NCBI GenBank assembly: GCA_965207735.1
Contig: OZ242296.1
Span: 1,728,001 to 1,792,000, forward strand
Direction of reading: 5' to 3'
From: Candidatus Versatilivorator sp.
GTDB lineage: Bacteria; Acidobacteriota; Terriglobia; Versatilivoradales; Versatilivoraceae
Length of the DNA: 64,000 bases
Shown: in pieces, positions 8,914 to 18,822 of the stretch
How the letters are laid out: the number at the start of each line of letters is the position of its first letter
How positions within the stretch are numbered: the stretch's first letter is position 1
Made by a program: the position numbers and the translations under genes
Notes under the pieces: generated by a model
The model's database searches: none
What the model was told of the DNA's origin: nothing
What the model saw: only the letters and a program-made list of their open reading frames with translations

Positions 8914-11607
8914 CTATCCGGACACTGGTTCGCCGCTAGGATCCACGATTTCCACCGGTCCCAGGTCGAGTCGCCGCACCGGTTCCTCCAGTCGATTCAG
9001 GTCACCGACCACAACCACCAGCAACCGGGTCGGGTCCAGATAGCCTCGAGCCGCCGCTTGAACCTGTTCGAGCGTCACCGAATCGACCGACGCGGGGTAA
9101 GCGGCCAGCGTCTCCAGGGGAAGGTCATAGGCAAAGAGGTCGGCCATTTGATCGGCCACCCGACCCAGGGTCTCGAAACGCTGGGAAAATCCCCTTACCA
9201 GGTTCTGCTTGGCCGCAGACACCTCGGCGGGGGTGATGGGCCGGGCTGTGCCTATGTCTGAAATTTCCTTGTGCATTTCCAGCAGCGTTTCGGTGGTCAC
9301 CGAGGTCTGCACGGCCGTCCCACCAACCCAGAATCCCCCCTGGCGGGCGTAGGCGAACCGGGTGGAAGCCCCGTAGGTGTATCCCTTGTCCTCCCGCAGG
9401 TTGAGATTCAGGCGGCTGCTGAAGCTGCCCCCCAGCACGGCGTTCATCAGCTCGATGGCGTGGTAGTCGGCAACCTTGCGGTGAGGTCCGATCGACCCGA
9501 TGCGAATCTGTGACTGGGGGGCATCCTGGCGGTCCACCAGGACCACTCGAATCCCCTCGGGAGGAGCGGCTTCAGGCAGGCTGAGCCGGGGTGTCTCGCC
9601 CGCTTCCCAGCCGGCCAGGCAATCCCCCGCCAGCCGGGCGGCTTCGGCCAGCGTGATGTCTCCCGCAAAAAGCAGGACCGCGTTGCCCGGCTTCCAGTGC
9701 GTTCGGTGAAACTCGACCAGTTCACGTCGGGTCAGGGCCCGCATCGAGGTTTCGTCCCCTCCGGTCGGAAGCCCGAAGGGGTGACCCTCGCCGAACAGCA
9801 GGGACCGGAAGACCCTCCCGACCGTAGCCGAGGGACTGTTCTGCTCCTGGAGAATGCGGTCCAGCCGCAATTTCCGCTGCCTCTCCAACTCCTCCGCCGG
9901 GAAGGTCGCGTTCAGAACCAGGTCGGCCAGCAACCGAACCGCCGGCTCCAACTGCACCTTGAGCACTTCCAGGGCCAGGTGGCAGTTCTCCGACTCGGTG
10001 CCCGAACCGAAGGAAGCCCCGAGCCGGTCCAGCTCCGCCTGGATCTCCAGGGTTGTCCTCGAGCGGGTGCCTTCGTCCAGCATGGCGGTGGTCATCCAGC
10101 CGACTCCCGGCCTGGAGAGCGGATCCGAACACGACCCTGATTTCAGCAGCAGGCTGACGGCTACCTTGGGAAGATCGTGCCGCTCGGCCACCGCCACCGT
10201 CAGACCCGGGGCGATGGTCTCGGCAACCGGAGCAGGGGGGCGAAAGGACTTCGGACTTCCCATGCCGGGCTGCTGCTCCCGGTTCGGCTCGGTCTTCTGT
10301 GGACGGGCCGACAGCTCCGGAACGAAGCTGAGGGCAACTCTGCGGGAGCTGTTCAAGCAAGCTGACACAACCCTGCGCACCTGTTCCGCTCCCATTCCCT
10401 GATAGCGCAGATAGTCCTGCCGGAAGTAACCGGGGTCTCCCAGGAAGGTGTTGTACTGGTTCAGGAGATCGGCCTTCCCTCCAAATCCCCCGATGCGCTC
10501 CAGGCCGCTTACGAACTCGAACTCCTGCTTGGCTTTTTCCCGCTCCAGCTCTTCCGGGGTGGGTCCATTCTCGGCAAAGGCGGCGATCTCCTCCCGGATG
10601 AGGTCGTCCAGGCCGCCCAGGGTCTGACCGGGGCGGGCGGTGGCCACCACGCCGAACAGCCCGCTGATTTCCAGAGAATAGTTGAACGCGGACACATCCG
10701 AGGCCACCTGCTCCTGATAGACCAGTCGCCGGTACAACCGCGAGTTCTTGCCCCGGGAAAGAATGCGCGAGGCCAGGTCGAGCTCGGCGTCCCCGGCGTG
10801 GAAATAGGCCGGCGCAGGCCACACCAGGTAGAGGCGCTCCAGGGGCACCCGGTCGGAGACGGTGACTTTGCGCTCGCCTTCCATGCGGGGCACCCACAAA
10901 CGGGGGCGTTCCAACGCGGGACCGGGAGGCAGTGGTCCAAAGTACTTCTCCACCCAGTCCCTGGTCCGAGCCGGGTCGAAATCGCCGGCAATCACCAGGC
11001 TGCAGTTGTTGGGCGCGTAGTGCTTGTGGAAAAAGTCCTTGGTCTCCTGCAGGGAAGCCGCGTCCAGATCCTCCTGAGATCCGATCACGATCCAGGAATA
11101 GGGATGTCCCGGGGGGAAAAGGTTTTCGAAGATCAACTGAAGCGCGCGCCCGTAGGGGACGTTTTCGTAGCTCTGCCGGCGCTCGTTCTTGACCACGCCG
11201 CGCTGGTTGTCGAACTTCTCCTGAGTGAGGGCATCGGCCAGAAAGCCCATTCGATCCGACTCCAGCCACAACACATATTCCAGAGCCTCGCTGGGCACCG
11301 TCTCGAAATAGTTGGTGCGGTCGAAGCTGGTGGTGCCGTTGACCCCACCCTCCCGCATGTTGGCTCCCGCCCTTTCCATATACGTCAGATACTCTCCATC
11401 GGCGTTCCTGGACCCCTGGAACATCATATGCTCGAACAGGTGAGCCATCCCGGTGCGGCCCGGCTGCTCGTTCTTGGAGCCGACGTGATACCACAAGTTG
11501 ACGTGGGCTACGGGAAGCTTGGGATCGGAATGCAGAATGACCTGAAGGCCGTTGGCCAGGCGGTACTTCTCGAACTGAATGACCGGGGCTTGCCGAGTCG
11601 CGCTCAT
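8914..11607 (-). CDS. M16 family zinc metallopeptidase (two-lobed, pitrilysin-like)
   Basis: YHVGSKNE, HLFEH (HXXEH), NGTTSFDRTNYFE, NLREDKGYTYG. Confidence 0.93.
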   Translation of the reverse strand: MSATRQAPVIQFEKYRLANGLQVILHSDPKLPVAHVNLWYHVGSKNEQPGRTGMAHLFEHMMFQGSRNADGEYLTYMERAGANMREGGVNGTTSFDRTNYFETVPSEALEYVLWLESDRMGFLADALTQEKFDNQRGVVKNERRQSYENVPYGRALQLIFENLFPPGHPYSWIVIGSQEDLDAASLQETKDFFHKHYAPNNCSLVIAGDFDPARTRDWVEKYFGPLPPGPALERPRLWVPRMEGERKVTVSDRVPLERLYLVWPAPAYFHAGDAELDLASRILSRGKNSRLYRRLVYQEQVASDVSAFNYSLEISGLFGVVATARPGQTLGGLDDLIREEIAAFAENGPTPEELEREKAKQEFEFVSGLERIGGFGGKADLLNQYNTFLGDPGYFRQDYLRYQGMGAEQVRRVVSACLNSSRRVALSFVPELSARPQKTEPNREQQPGMGSPKSFRPPAPVAETIAPGLTVAVAERHDLPKVAVSLLLKSGSCSDPLSRPGVGWMTTAMLDEGTRSRTTLEIQAELDRLGASFGSGTESENCHLALEVLKVQLEPAVRLLADLVLNATFPAEELERQRKLRLDRILQEQNSPSATVGRVFRSLLFGEGHPFGLPTGGDETSMRALTRRELVEFHRTHWKPGNAVLLFAGDITLAEAARLAGDCLAGWEAGETPRLSLPEAAPPEGIRVVLVDRQDAPQSQIRIGSIGPHRKVADYHAIELMNAVLGGSFSSRLNLNLREDKGYTYGASTRFAYARQGGFWVGGTAVQTSVTTETLLEMHKEISDIGTARPITPAEVSAAKQNLVRGFSQRFETLGRVADQMADLFAYDLPLETLAAYPASVDSVTLEQVQAAARGYLDPTRLLVVVVGDLNRLEEPVRRLDLGPVEIVDPSGEPVSG

Positions 11608-11762
11608 GAGATTCCCTTCCCCGTTCCGGACACCTGATATGCACCTGGGAGAGACCTTGGCTTACCCCCACTCGGTCTCCACCACTCCTCAATTATCACG
11701 ATCGTGCCTCCAGCCGTCATTAGCTCTTTCCAACCCCGTGTAAATCGGGTAAGTAAAGACCC

Positions 11763-14219
11763 ATGTACGTGGAAGTGAGCCTGCCGCTCCCGATCACACA
11801 ACACTTTTACTATTGTCTTCCGGAGGAAGCATCCGAGCCCCTGCAACCGGGCCAGCGGGTGCTGGTCCCCCTGGGGAACCGGAAGATGACGGGCTATGTC
11901 CTGCAAACCCTTCGCCGACTCCCGCCGGATTTCCCCCGAGCGGCCGAGTTGAAACCCATCCTGGAAATTCTGGACGAGTCCAGCCTTATCTCCCCTCATC
12001 TCTTCGAGCTCAGTCGCTGGGTGGCCGGCTACTACTTCGCTGCGCTGGGAGAGGTTCTCAAGGCCTGCCTTCCGCCCAGCTACAATCCCAGACTGGAGCA
12101 AAGCTTCAGCTTGACTGCTTCGGGGCAGCGCCTCCTGAAGCAGACGAAGAATAGCGCAGAGATCAGCCAAAGAAAAAGACAAATCCTGGAGCTGCTGGCC
12201 CGTCACTCCGAACTGGACCGCCGGTCACTGCAACGGTTGGCGAAACGCAGAATCTCCACCGCCGAGCTCGAATCACTGGCAACCGCAGGCTGGATCCGGA
12301 TCGGACAGGCCACGAGGGGATCGGTCGTCGCCCCCAAGAAACAGTGGTTTCTCTCGCTCCACCCCGATTGTGAAGCCGCCTTGCCCAGCGCCAGGCTCAC
12401 CGCAAACCAAAGGGCCTTGATCTCCCACCTGCGGGGCGCCGGAGGCGCGTTGAGCCTGGCCGGTCTTCGCAAGCTCTTTTCCCTCTCCCGGCCTTCCCTG
12501 GAGCGACTGGAGCAACGGCGACTGGTCCGGCTGAGCCGGGAGGAGGTGGCGCGCGATCCCTTGGGGGCGTCGGACCCTGCCGGCCCGAATCAACCCCGGG
12601 TCCTGTCCCAACAGCAGCGGAAGGTCCTGGAAACACTGATTCCCGCGCTGAGCGCCGGCAGGTTTTCGGCCGTTCTGCTGCACGGTGTGACCGGCAGCGG
12701 CAAGACGGAAGTCTACCTCGGCCTGATCGAGCATACCCTGCGGTCGGGAAAGACCGCCCTGGTGCTGATGCCGGAGATCGCGCTCACCCCGGGGGTGGCG
12801 CAGGAATTTCGCGCCCGCCTGGGGGACACCGTCGCCATCCTGCACAGTGGATTGTCCAACGGAGAACGCCACGACGAGTGGTGGCGCATCAAGCGCGGAG
12901 AGGCCCGGGTGGTGATCGGCACCCGCTCAGCAGTATTCGCTCCCCTGGAGAGTCTCGGTCTGGTGGTGGCGGATGAAGAGCACGATCCCTCCTACAAGCA
13001 ACAGGAGAGTCCCCGCTACCACGGTCGCGACACGGCCATCGTTCGGGGCAAACAGGCCGGCGCAGTGGTGGTTCTCGGCTCGGCCACGCCTTCGGTTGAG
13101 ACTTTCCACCACTCCCAGAGCGGGAAATATGGCTACCTTCGAATGGCGACTCGCATTCACTCCCGGCCTCTCCCCGAGACCCGCCTGGTCGACATGCGGT
13201 CGGACTTCAAGGACACGGCCCGCAAATCCCCTCTCTCAGCCGAGCTCAGCGGCGCCATCGGTGACCGCCTGGAGAGGCGGGAACAGGTGCTCATCCTGCT
13301 CAACCGCCGGGGATACGCCGCTCACGTGCTTTGCCGCAGTTGCGGAGAAAGCATTCAATGCCGCTTCTGCAGCATTGCAATGGCCTACCACAAGATTCGC
13401 AAGGCCCTGGTCTGCCACTACTGCAGCTACTCTCAACGCGTCCCCGGGGAGTGCCCGGGCTGTCAAAGCCAGTACCTCTACTTCATGGGAGAGGGGACGG
13501 AAAAGGCGGAGGGATTGCTACAGCATGCCTTCCCGCGGGCCCGTGTGGAGCGGCTCGATCGGGACGCGGCCCGCCGGAAGGATGCGCACCGTCAAATCCT
13601 GAGCCGGTTCAAGCAGCGCGAGACCGACATCCTCACCGGCACTCAGATGATCTCCAAGGGCCACGACTTTCCCTTCGTAACCCTGGTGGGGGTGGTCTCC
13701 GCAGACCATTCCCTGTCATTTCCCGATTTTCGGGCGGCAGAAAGGACCTTTCAGCTCTTGAGCCAAGTCTCCGGCCGCGCCGGGAGGGGGGAGCTGCCTG
13801 GCGAGGTCCTGATTCAGAGCTACTGCCCGGAACACTACTGCTTCCGTTTCGTGACCTCCCACGACTATCAAGGGTTCTACGAGAAGGAAATCCAGTTCCG
13901 AAGGTTCATGCACTATCCGCCCTTCACCGCCCTGGCGCTGGTTCTGGTCCGCGACAGGAACCTCCCAGCGGCGACCGAGACCATCGGCCGCTTCGCCGAG
14001 TTGCTTCAGGCGGCTCGCGGCCCGCACACTCGCATTCTGGGCCCCACCCAGTCTCCGCTGGCCAGAATCCGGTCGGAACACCGATTTCAGCTGCTGATAA
14101 AATCCCGGAGTCGATCCCAGCTCCAAGCGCTTCTTCGGAAAACCCTCCGCCAGGCTCAGAGCCAGGGACTGGATCTCCGCAGGGTCCACGTTGACATCGA
14201 CCCGGTGAACCTGATGTAA
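11763..14219 (+). CDS. priA: Primosomal protein N'
   Basis: HGVTGSGKTEVY, DEEHD, GSATPS, four CxxC motifs, GTQMISKGHDFP, DIDPVNLM C-terminus. Confidence 0.97.
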   Translation: MYVEVSLPLPITQHFYYCLPEEASEPLQPGQRVLVPLGNRKMTGYVLQTLRRLPPDFPRAAELKPILEILDESSLISPHLFELSRWVAGYYFAALGEVLKACLPPSYNPRLEQSFSLTASGQRLLKQTKNSAEISQRKRQILELLARHSELDRRSLQRLAKRRISTAELESLATAGWIRIGQATRGSVVAPKKQWFLSLHPDCEAALPSARLTANQRALISHLRGAGGALSLAGLRKLFSLSRPSLERLEQRRLVRLSREEVARDPLGASDPAGPNQPRVLSQQQRKVLETLIPALSAGRFSAVLLHGVTGSGKTEVYLGLIEHTLRSGKTALVLMPEIALTPGVAQEFRARLGDTVAILHSGLSNGERHDEWWRIKRGEARVVIGTRSAVFAPLESLGLVVADEEHDPSYKQQESPRYHGRDTAIVRGKQAGAVVVLGSATPSVETFHHSQSGKYGYLRMATRIHSRPLPETRLVDMRSDFKDTARKSPLSAELSGAIGDRLERREQVLILLNRRGYAAHVLCRSCGESIQCRFCSIAMAYHKIRKALVCHYCSYSQRVPGECPGCQSQYLYFMGEGTEKAEGLLQHAFPRARVERLDRDAARRKDAHRQILSRFKQRETDILTGTQMISKGHDFPFVTLVGVVSADHSLSFPDFRAAERTFQLLSQVSGRAGRGELPGEVLIQSYCPEHYCFRFVTSHDYQGFYEKEIQFRRFMHYPPFTALALVLVRDRNLPAATETIGRFAELLQAARGPHTRILGPTQSPLARIRSEHRFQLLIKSRSRSQLQALLRKTLRQAQSQGLDLRRVHVDIDPVNLM

Positions 14220-14252
14220 GGCGCCACTGCGAAACTTGCGGGTCCGCGATTG

Positions 14253-14318
14253 CCCCCACCGCATCAGCCTTCTCCTGGCGGCTCGGCTTCTGCGACTCCC
14301 CCTCAATGCGGGAGTGAT
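14253..14318. repeat. REP-like module, second copy at about 18950-19015
   Basis: ATCAGCCTTC..CGGCTCGGCTTCTSCGACTCCCCCTCAA..GGGAGTGAT is shared between both loci. Confidence 0.7.
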
Positions 14319-14480
14319 TGGAGGAAGCAGGTTCCGGGATCAACCTTGGACTGTCAGGGATTTCAATGGAAAGGGGACCAGCCGCGGGAGCGGCAGCTCA
14401 ACGACCTGTAGAGGGACACCTGTTTCCGGGAATCGACGGGGCAGCCATCCGGCGACTTCCATCCGGATGGCATGGCGGTG

Positions 14481-14747
14481 CTAGATGGATTGCAGGTCCT
14501 TGCCGGGCTTGAACCGAACGGCTTTGCCGGGTGGGATGGAAACCTCTTCCCCGGTTCTGGGGTTGCGACCGATTCCGGTCTTGCGAGGTTTGATATTGAA
14601 GACGCCGAATCCCCGCAACTCGATCCGATCATTGCGTTGAAGTGCGCTCTTCATCGCGTTGAAGACGGCGTCAACGGCAGCCTCGGCCTTGGTTCTGGGA
14701 ATTCCGGTCCGCTCGACAACATGGTTGATGATGTCTAGTTTGATCAC
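14481..14747 (-). CDS. HU/IHF family DNA-binding protein
   Basis: RIELRGFGVF, GRNPRTGEEV, VRFKPGK; GTG start. Confidence 0.95.
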   Translation of the reverse strand: MIKLDIINHVVERTGIPRTKAEAAVDAVFNAMKSALQRNDRIELRGFGVFNIKPRKTGIGRNPRTGEEVSIPPGKAVRFKPGKDLQSI

Positions 14748-14811
14748 CGCTAAAACCTTTCCTCGAAGAGATGCCGACAGAGTCTAACGGCTAAGTCCAA
14801 TGCTGTCAAGG

Positions 14812-15237
14812 CTAACCCGCCTGCAAGGGCTTGAAGGCAAGGACCGCGCGCGACCCCGAACCGCGATCCTCCTGCAGGAAATCGACCTGGAGCGGCATTC
14901 CGACAGTAATCGTGCGGGGATTGCGCGTATCCACGCCCTGAATACGGGCCACCACCCGGGCTTTTTCCTCGAGTTCGACCACGCCGGTGCAGTAGGGGTT
15001 ATCTCGACCGTAGCCCAGCTTCAGCATGGAAGGTGGACCGATGGCAATGCAGGTGAACGCCACCAGCTTTCCCCGTCCTTCCATCCGCTCCCACTCCATG
15101 GTCGAGCCGTCGCACTTGGGACAGAGGGCTCGAGGCGGCACAAAAATCGCCTGGCAGCCCAGGCATCTCGCCCCCATCAGTGTTCCTTCCTCGAGGAAGT
15201 CCTGAAAGGAATGATCGGTGAAGGGCCTTGGGTCCAG
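14812..15237 (-). CDS. DUF35-type Zn-ribbon/OB-fold protein (thiolase partner)
   Basis: RCLGC...PPRALCPKC...GKLVAFT...PYCTGVVELEE...VGMP. Probable CTG start 8 nt after an AGGAG that overlaps the thiolase 3' end. Confidence 0.85.
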   Translation of the reverse strand: MDPRPFTDHSFQDFLEEGTLMGARCLGCQAIFVPPRALCPKCDGSTMEWERMEGRGKLVAFTCIAIGPPSMLKLGYGRDNPYCTGVVELEEKARVVARIQGVDTRNPRTITVGMPLQVDFLQEDRGSGSRAVLAFKPLQAG

Positions 15238-15241
15238 GGGA

Positions 15242-16504
15242 CTATCTCCTTTCGAGAATGGTGACGGTCGAAGTACCTCCGGTCCCTCCCAGATTGTGGG
15301 CGGCACCCAGGCGCGGATGGCCGGGCACTTGTCTCTCCCCGGCTTCTCCCCGGAGCTGGGTCCAGACTTCAAACAGTTGGGCCGCCCCCGTGGCGCCGAC
15401 AGGATGGCCCTTGCACTTGAGCCCGCCCGAGGTATTGATGGGCTTGGACCCGTCCAAACGGGTCTGACCATCCTCTACCGCTTTGTATCCCTGACCGGCT
15501 GGAAAGAAGCCCAAGTCCTCGATATGAAGCAGCTCAGCAATGGAGAAACAGTCGTGTACCTCGGCAAACCCGATGTCGTCCGCGGCAATGCCGGCCATGC
15601 CGTACGCTTCCCGCGCCGCATATCGGGTCGCTTCAAAAGTGGTCAAGTCCTCGGTGGCGTGCAGCCCTCGCCCGCTCGCCTGCCCGATACCGGCAACGTA
15701 GAGCGGATCGTCGGTAAAGTTCCGGGCCAACTCTTCACCCACCAGCAGGAGGCAACAGGCTCCGTCGCTGATGGGACAGCAGTCAAACAGGTGAATCGGC
15801 CAGGCCACCACCGGATTGGCCTTGGGGTCTCGAAGAAAAGACTTGGCGTCCGACCAACTTGGAACCGGGCGCCCCTTGCTCTCGGCCCGCTTGATCTTGG
15901 CGGCCATGACGTCTTCCAGTGTAGCGCTCAGTTGGGCCCTGGGGTTCCGGGCCGCGTTGTCATGACTCTTGATGGTCACGTTCATGAGATGGTCGCGGGA
16001 GGCGCCATACTTTTCAAAATAGGCGGTGGCAATGGTGCCGAAGACTCCGGGAAAGGTGAATCCGACCTCCCGTTCGTAGGGAATCGCCGCCATACCCAGA
16101 CCTTCGGCCACCACTTCAGTGGCCCCCTTGGACATATCTTCCACGCCCCCCACCAGGACCGCATCGTAGAACCCCGAGGCGATGGCGAAAACGCCCTCCC
16201 GGAAGGCCAGCGCACTGGAAGCACAGGCTCCCTCGGTTCGGGTCGCCGGCCGCGGGACCAGCCCCAGCGTGTCGGAAAGAATGGCGCCCCAGTGGGATTG
16301 GTGAACGAAAAAGTCATTGGTGAAATTGCCCAGATAGAGTGCATCGATATCGGCAGGGTCCAGCTCCTTGTCCACCGAGGCTGTCATCGCCCGGAAGGCC
16401 TCCAGAAAAAGGTCCTTGGAGTCCCGGTCCCTGAACATTCCGAACCCAGACATTCCCGCGCCGACCAGGGCCACCCCGCGGCTCAGTTTCCTGTTCTTTC
16501 TCAT
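15242..16504 (-). CDS. Thiolase, SCP2/archaeal acetyl-CoA acetyltransferase type
   Basis: EGACASS, AEVHDCF, NTSGGLKCKGHPVGATG, HNLGG. Confidence 0.92.
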   Translation of the reverse strand: MRKNRKLSRGVALVGAGMSGFGMFRDRDSKDLFLEAFRAMTASVDKELDPADIDALYLGNFTNDFFVHQSHWGAILSDTLGLVPRPATRTEGACASSALAFREGVFAIASGFYDAVLVGGVEDMSKGATEVVAEGLGMAAIPYEREVGFTFPGVFGTIATAYFEKYGASRDHLMNVTIKSHDNAARNPRAQLSATLEDVMAAKIKRAESKGRPVPSWSDAKSFLRDPKANPVVAWPIHLFDCCPISDGACCLLLVGEELARNFTDDPLYVAGIGQASGRGLHATEDLTTFEATRYAAREAYGMAGIAADDIGFAEVHDCFSIAELLHIEDLGFFPAGQGYKAVEDGQTRLDGSKPINTSGGLKCKGHPVGATGAAQLFEVWTQLRGEAGERQVPGHPRLGAAHNLGGTGGTSTVTILERR

Positions 16505-17034
16505 TGTTCCCCGTTCCCCGCCCCGATCTTGCAGTTGAGCGGCTACCCTGCCGGGCAGCTTTCCGCATGTTACCACAAACTTGGAGCCCCGGAATGTCGA
16601 CCTCGAAATCCCCTGGGCGCCGGCTTGGCGGGAGATATTCCGGCAAAGCGCGAACGGGACTCCTGATTGAAACAATTCAGGGGCAATCCACGAAGTCGCA
16701 CGAAGGGCCACGAAGAGGTTGAGAAGCCTCAAGCGGAATGCGCCAAAGGTTGGGAAGGGGGGCAAGATCTCCACCCAGAGCTGCGGGGGATCTGTCAGGG
16801 GGGTAACAGATTAGTCCGCCAAGGGAGTGATCTTACGGAGTGAACCGAGCGCCTTGCCGATGCCCTGGCAAAGCGTCACCGCTGTTCCCGGTTATTTGGT
16901 GTAAAGGATGTTCCCGGTTTGCACCCTGGTCCGGTGGCGCTGACGGGGACGGAAACATCGGCAGGAACAGGATGCGGGCGGCACGCCCGTGCTCCCAGGC
17001 GAACGCTTTCCTGGCTTCTGCTCTCCCGGAACCC

Positions 17035-17760
17035 TCACACCTGCTTCCCCACCCACCTGACTTCGCCGAAAACCTTGGCGCCGCCAGGCCAGGGGACCGG
17101 GTCCCATGCGGGGTTGTCGCTGACCAACCGCCAGTTGCCGCCGGAGTCCCTGTCCATACGCTTGACCAACATGCCCTCATTGGTCTGGAGAACAAAGATT
17201 CGGCCCTCCTTGAGCTGCGCCCGGTTGCGGTCGACCAGAATGGCGGAGCCGTCGGGGAGGGTGGGCGCCATCGACTCTCCCTTGACGCCGACGACAGTGC
17301 ACTGCTGGGGGTAGAGGCCGTTGCGGTCGAGCCAGCTTCGAGTAAAGGTGATATAGCCGGCCACGGACTCGTTCGGCTCTTCATTGGCACCGGCAGCGGC
17401 TGCCAGCTGTTTGATCGCTATGTGGCGGTTTTCGGCCGGGACTTCCGCATCCTTGGGCCGGGGTTGGCCGAGGAGTAGGGTAAGGTCGCGCCGGATGTCT
17501 TCCCGAAGCCGCCGGGCCCAGTCGGGGCGCTTCTCGACAGCGGGCACCCCCTCGGGCGACTCGACGGGATCATCCATAGGGGCTGTCTGGAGCCGAAGGC
17601 CCAGCACACGGCAGATAGCTTCCAGCGAATCCAGGCGCGGGGAGGAGCCGCGGCGGATGTTGCGAACGGTATCGGAGCTACCGGTAGCCAGGATGGACAA
17701 GTGGCGATCGGAAACGCCACACCGATCGATTAGGTCGAGGAGGTGTCGCCGAAAACTCAT
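17035..17760 (-). CDS. Phage CI-like repressor: HTH plus S24 autopeptidase
   Basis: N-terminal HTH (SPRLDSLEAICRVLG), Ala-Gly site AAAGA, catalytic Ser (GESMAP) and Lys (LVKRM). ATG 17760 lies just downstream of an extended -10. Confidence 0.88.
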   Translation of the reverse strand: MSFRRHLLDLIDRCGVSDRHLSILATGSSDTVRNIRRGSSPRLDSLEAICRVLGLRLQTAPMDDPVESPEGVPAVEKRPDWARRLREDIRRDLTLLLGQPRPKDAEVPAENRHIAIKQLAAAAGANEEPNESVAGYITFTRSWLDRNGLYPQQCTVVGVKGESMAPTLPDGSAILVDRNRAQLKEGRIFVLQTNEGMLVKRMDRDSGGNWRLVSDNPAWDPVPWPGGAKVFGEVRWVGKQV

Positions 17761-17837
17761 GAGGTAATTATACCACAAAATCGAATAGCAAAAACAAAAG
17801 GACTTGAATCACGGTTTTATAACCGTATAGTAGCGGA
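17761..17837. promoter_or_regulatory. Back-to-back promoters with a palindromic operator (cI/cro-like switch)
   Basis: Plus strand: TTGAAT (17804), 16 nt, TATAGT (17826), with CGGTT-TTAT-AACCG (17812-17825) in the spacer. Minus strand: TGGTATAAT extended -10 (17775-17767). Both ATGs lie 6 nt after their -10. Confidence 0.7.
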
Positions 17838-18137
17838 ATGACTCACCGCGAGGTTCTCCTGACCCTGTTCGAGTGCTATTGCCGGAGGGCGAATCTCAGC
17901 CAGGCGCGGGTCTCGACCCTGGTCTTCAACCACGGTGGGCGCATTGCCAGGATCCGGGCAGGGCGGGACTTCACCATCGGCAGCTACGTGCGAGCCCTGC
18001 GGTGGTTTTCCAACCACTGGCCGGAGGAGCTTCACTGGCCGGCAGGCATAGAGCGCCCCCCTCGGGCCGGCCAGCGCGGTGAGGCGGCGGCAACCGCGCG
18101 GGTCGCCGCCCCGGGAAGCGGAAAAGAGGTGGGCTAA
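17838..18137 (+). CDS. Cro-like small transcriptional regulator
   Basis: Divergent from the CI-like gene; SQARVSTLVFNHGGRIARI...WFSNHWPEELHWPAGIERP resembles a prophage-associated Cro-like family. Confidence 0.7.
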   Translation: MTHREVLLTLFECYCRRANLSQARVSTLVFNHGGRIARIRAGRDFTIGSYVRALRWFSNHWPEELHWPAGIERPPRAGQRGEAAATARVAAPGSGKEVG

Positions 18138-18822
18138 TCCTGCGACAAGTCCCCCCCTGTCGGGCGGAACATTCAGAGAATAACCGACTGATCGTCAGTT
18201 ATAGGCGAACCACGAATAGGCACGAAGACCGATGGACCTCCTTCAACCACAAGGTGTCACGACGTCAGGGGAGAAAGCCCCCCGGGAGCGCGGGCGTCCC
18301 GCCCGCCCCAAAGCCTCTCGCAGTCTCGGCCCTCTCCTTCACCCGGGTCGACCGGCTGCAGCATCGCAGGGAAACTGAGCGGCAACCCAAGGGACAGGAC
18401 TAGAGGCCGCTGCACGAAACGCTGACTCAGGCGGGTGCGACTTGATGAAAAATGGGAGTTCACCACAAAAAGCACAAAAGTCACAAAACGAATTTCTTGA
18501 TTTTCGAGTCCTCACGATCCGAAGTTGATCCCCATGGCGTCGCGTTGACCGGATGTAGGCAGATAGCGCGGAACTTGTGCGACATGTTCGGGAGTCAACT
18601 CCTTGCAGGCTTTCAGTGTTCTGCTCTTTTTGTGTTTTTTGTGCCTTTTGTGGCCATTCCCGGCAATGGTCCCGCTGCTGAATATTGCAAAAGGCTCGAG
18701 AGTGAAACAATCAGTAATCGACCATCCCTTCGCGACCTTGGTATCCCGTCGCGGTGAACCTCAGCGCCTTAGTGGCTCTTCGTCGTTCTTCGTGGCCCTT
18801 CGTGGATAAGTCTTTTTCTTTT

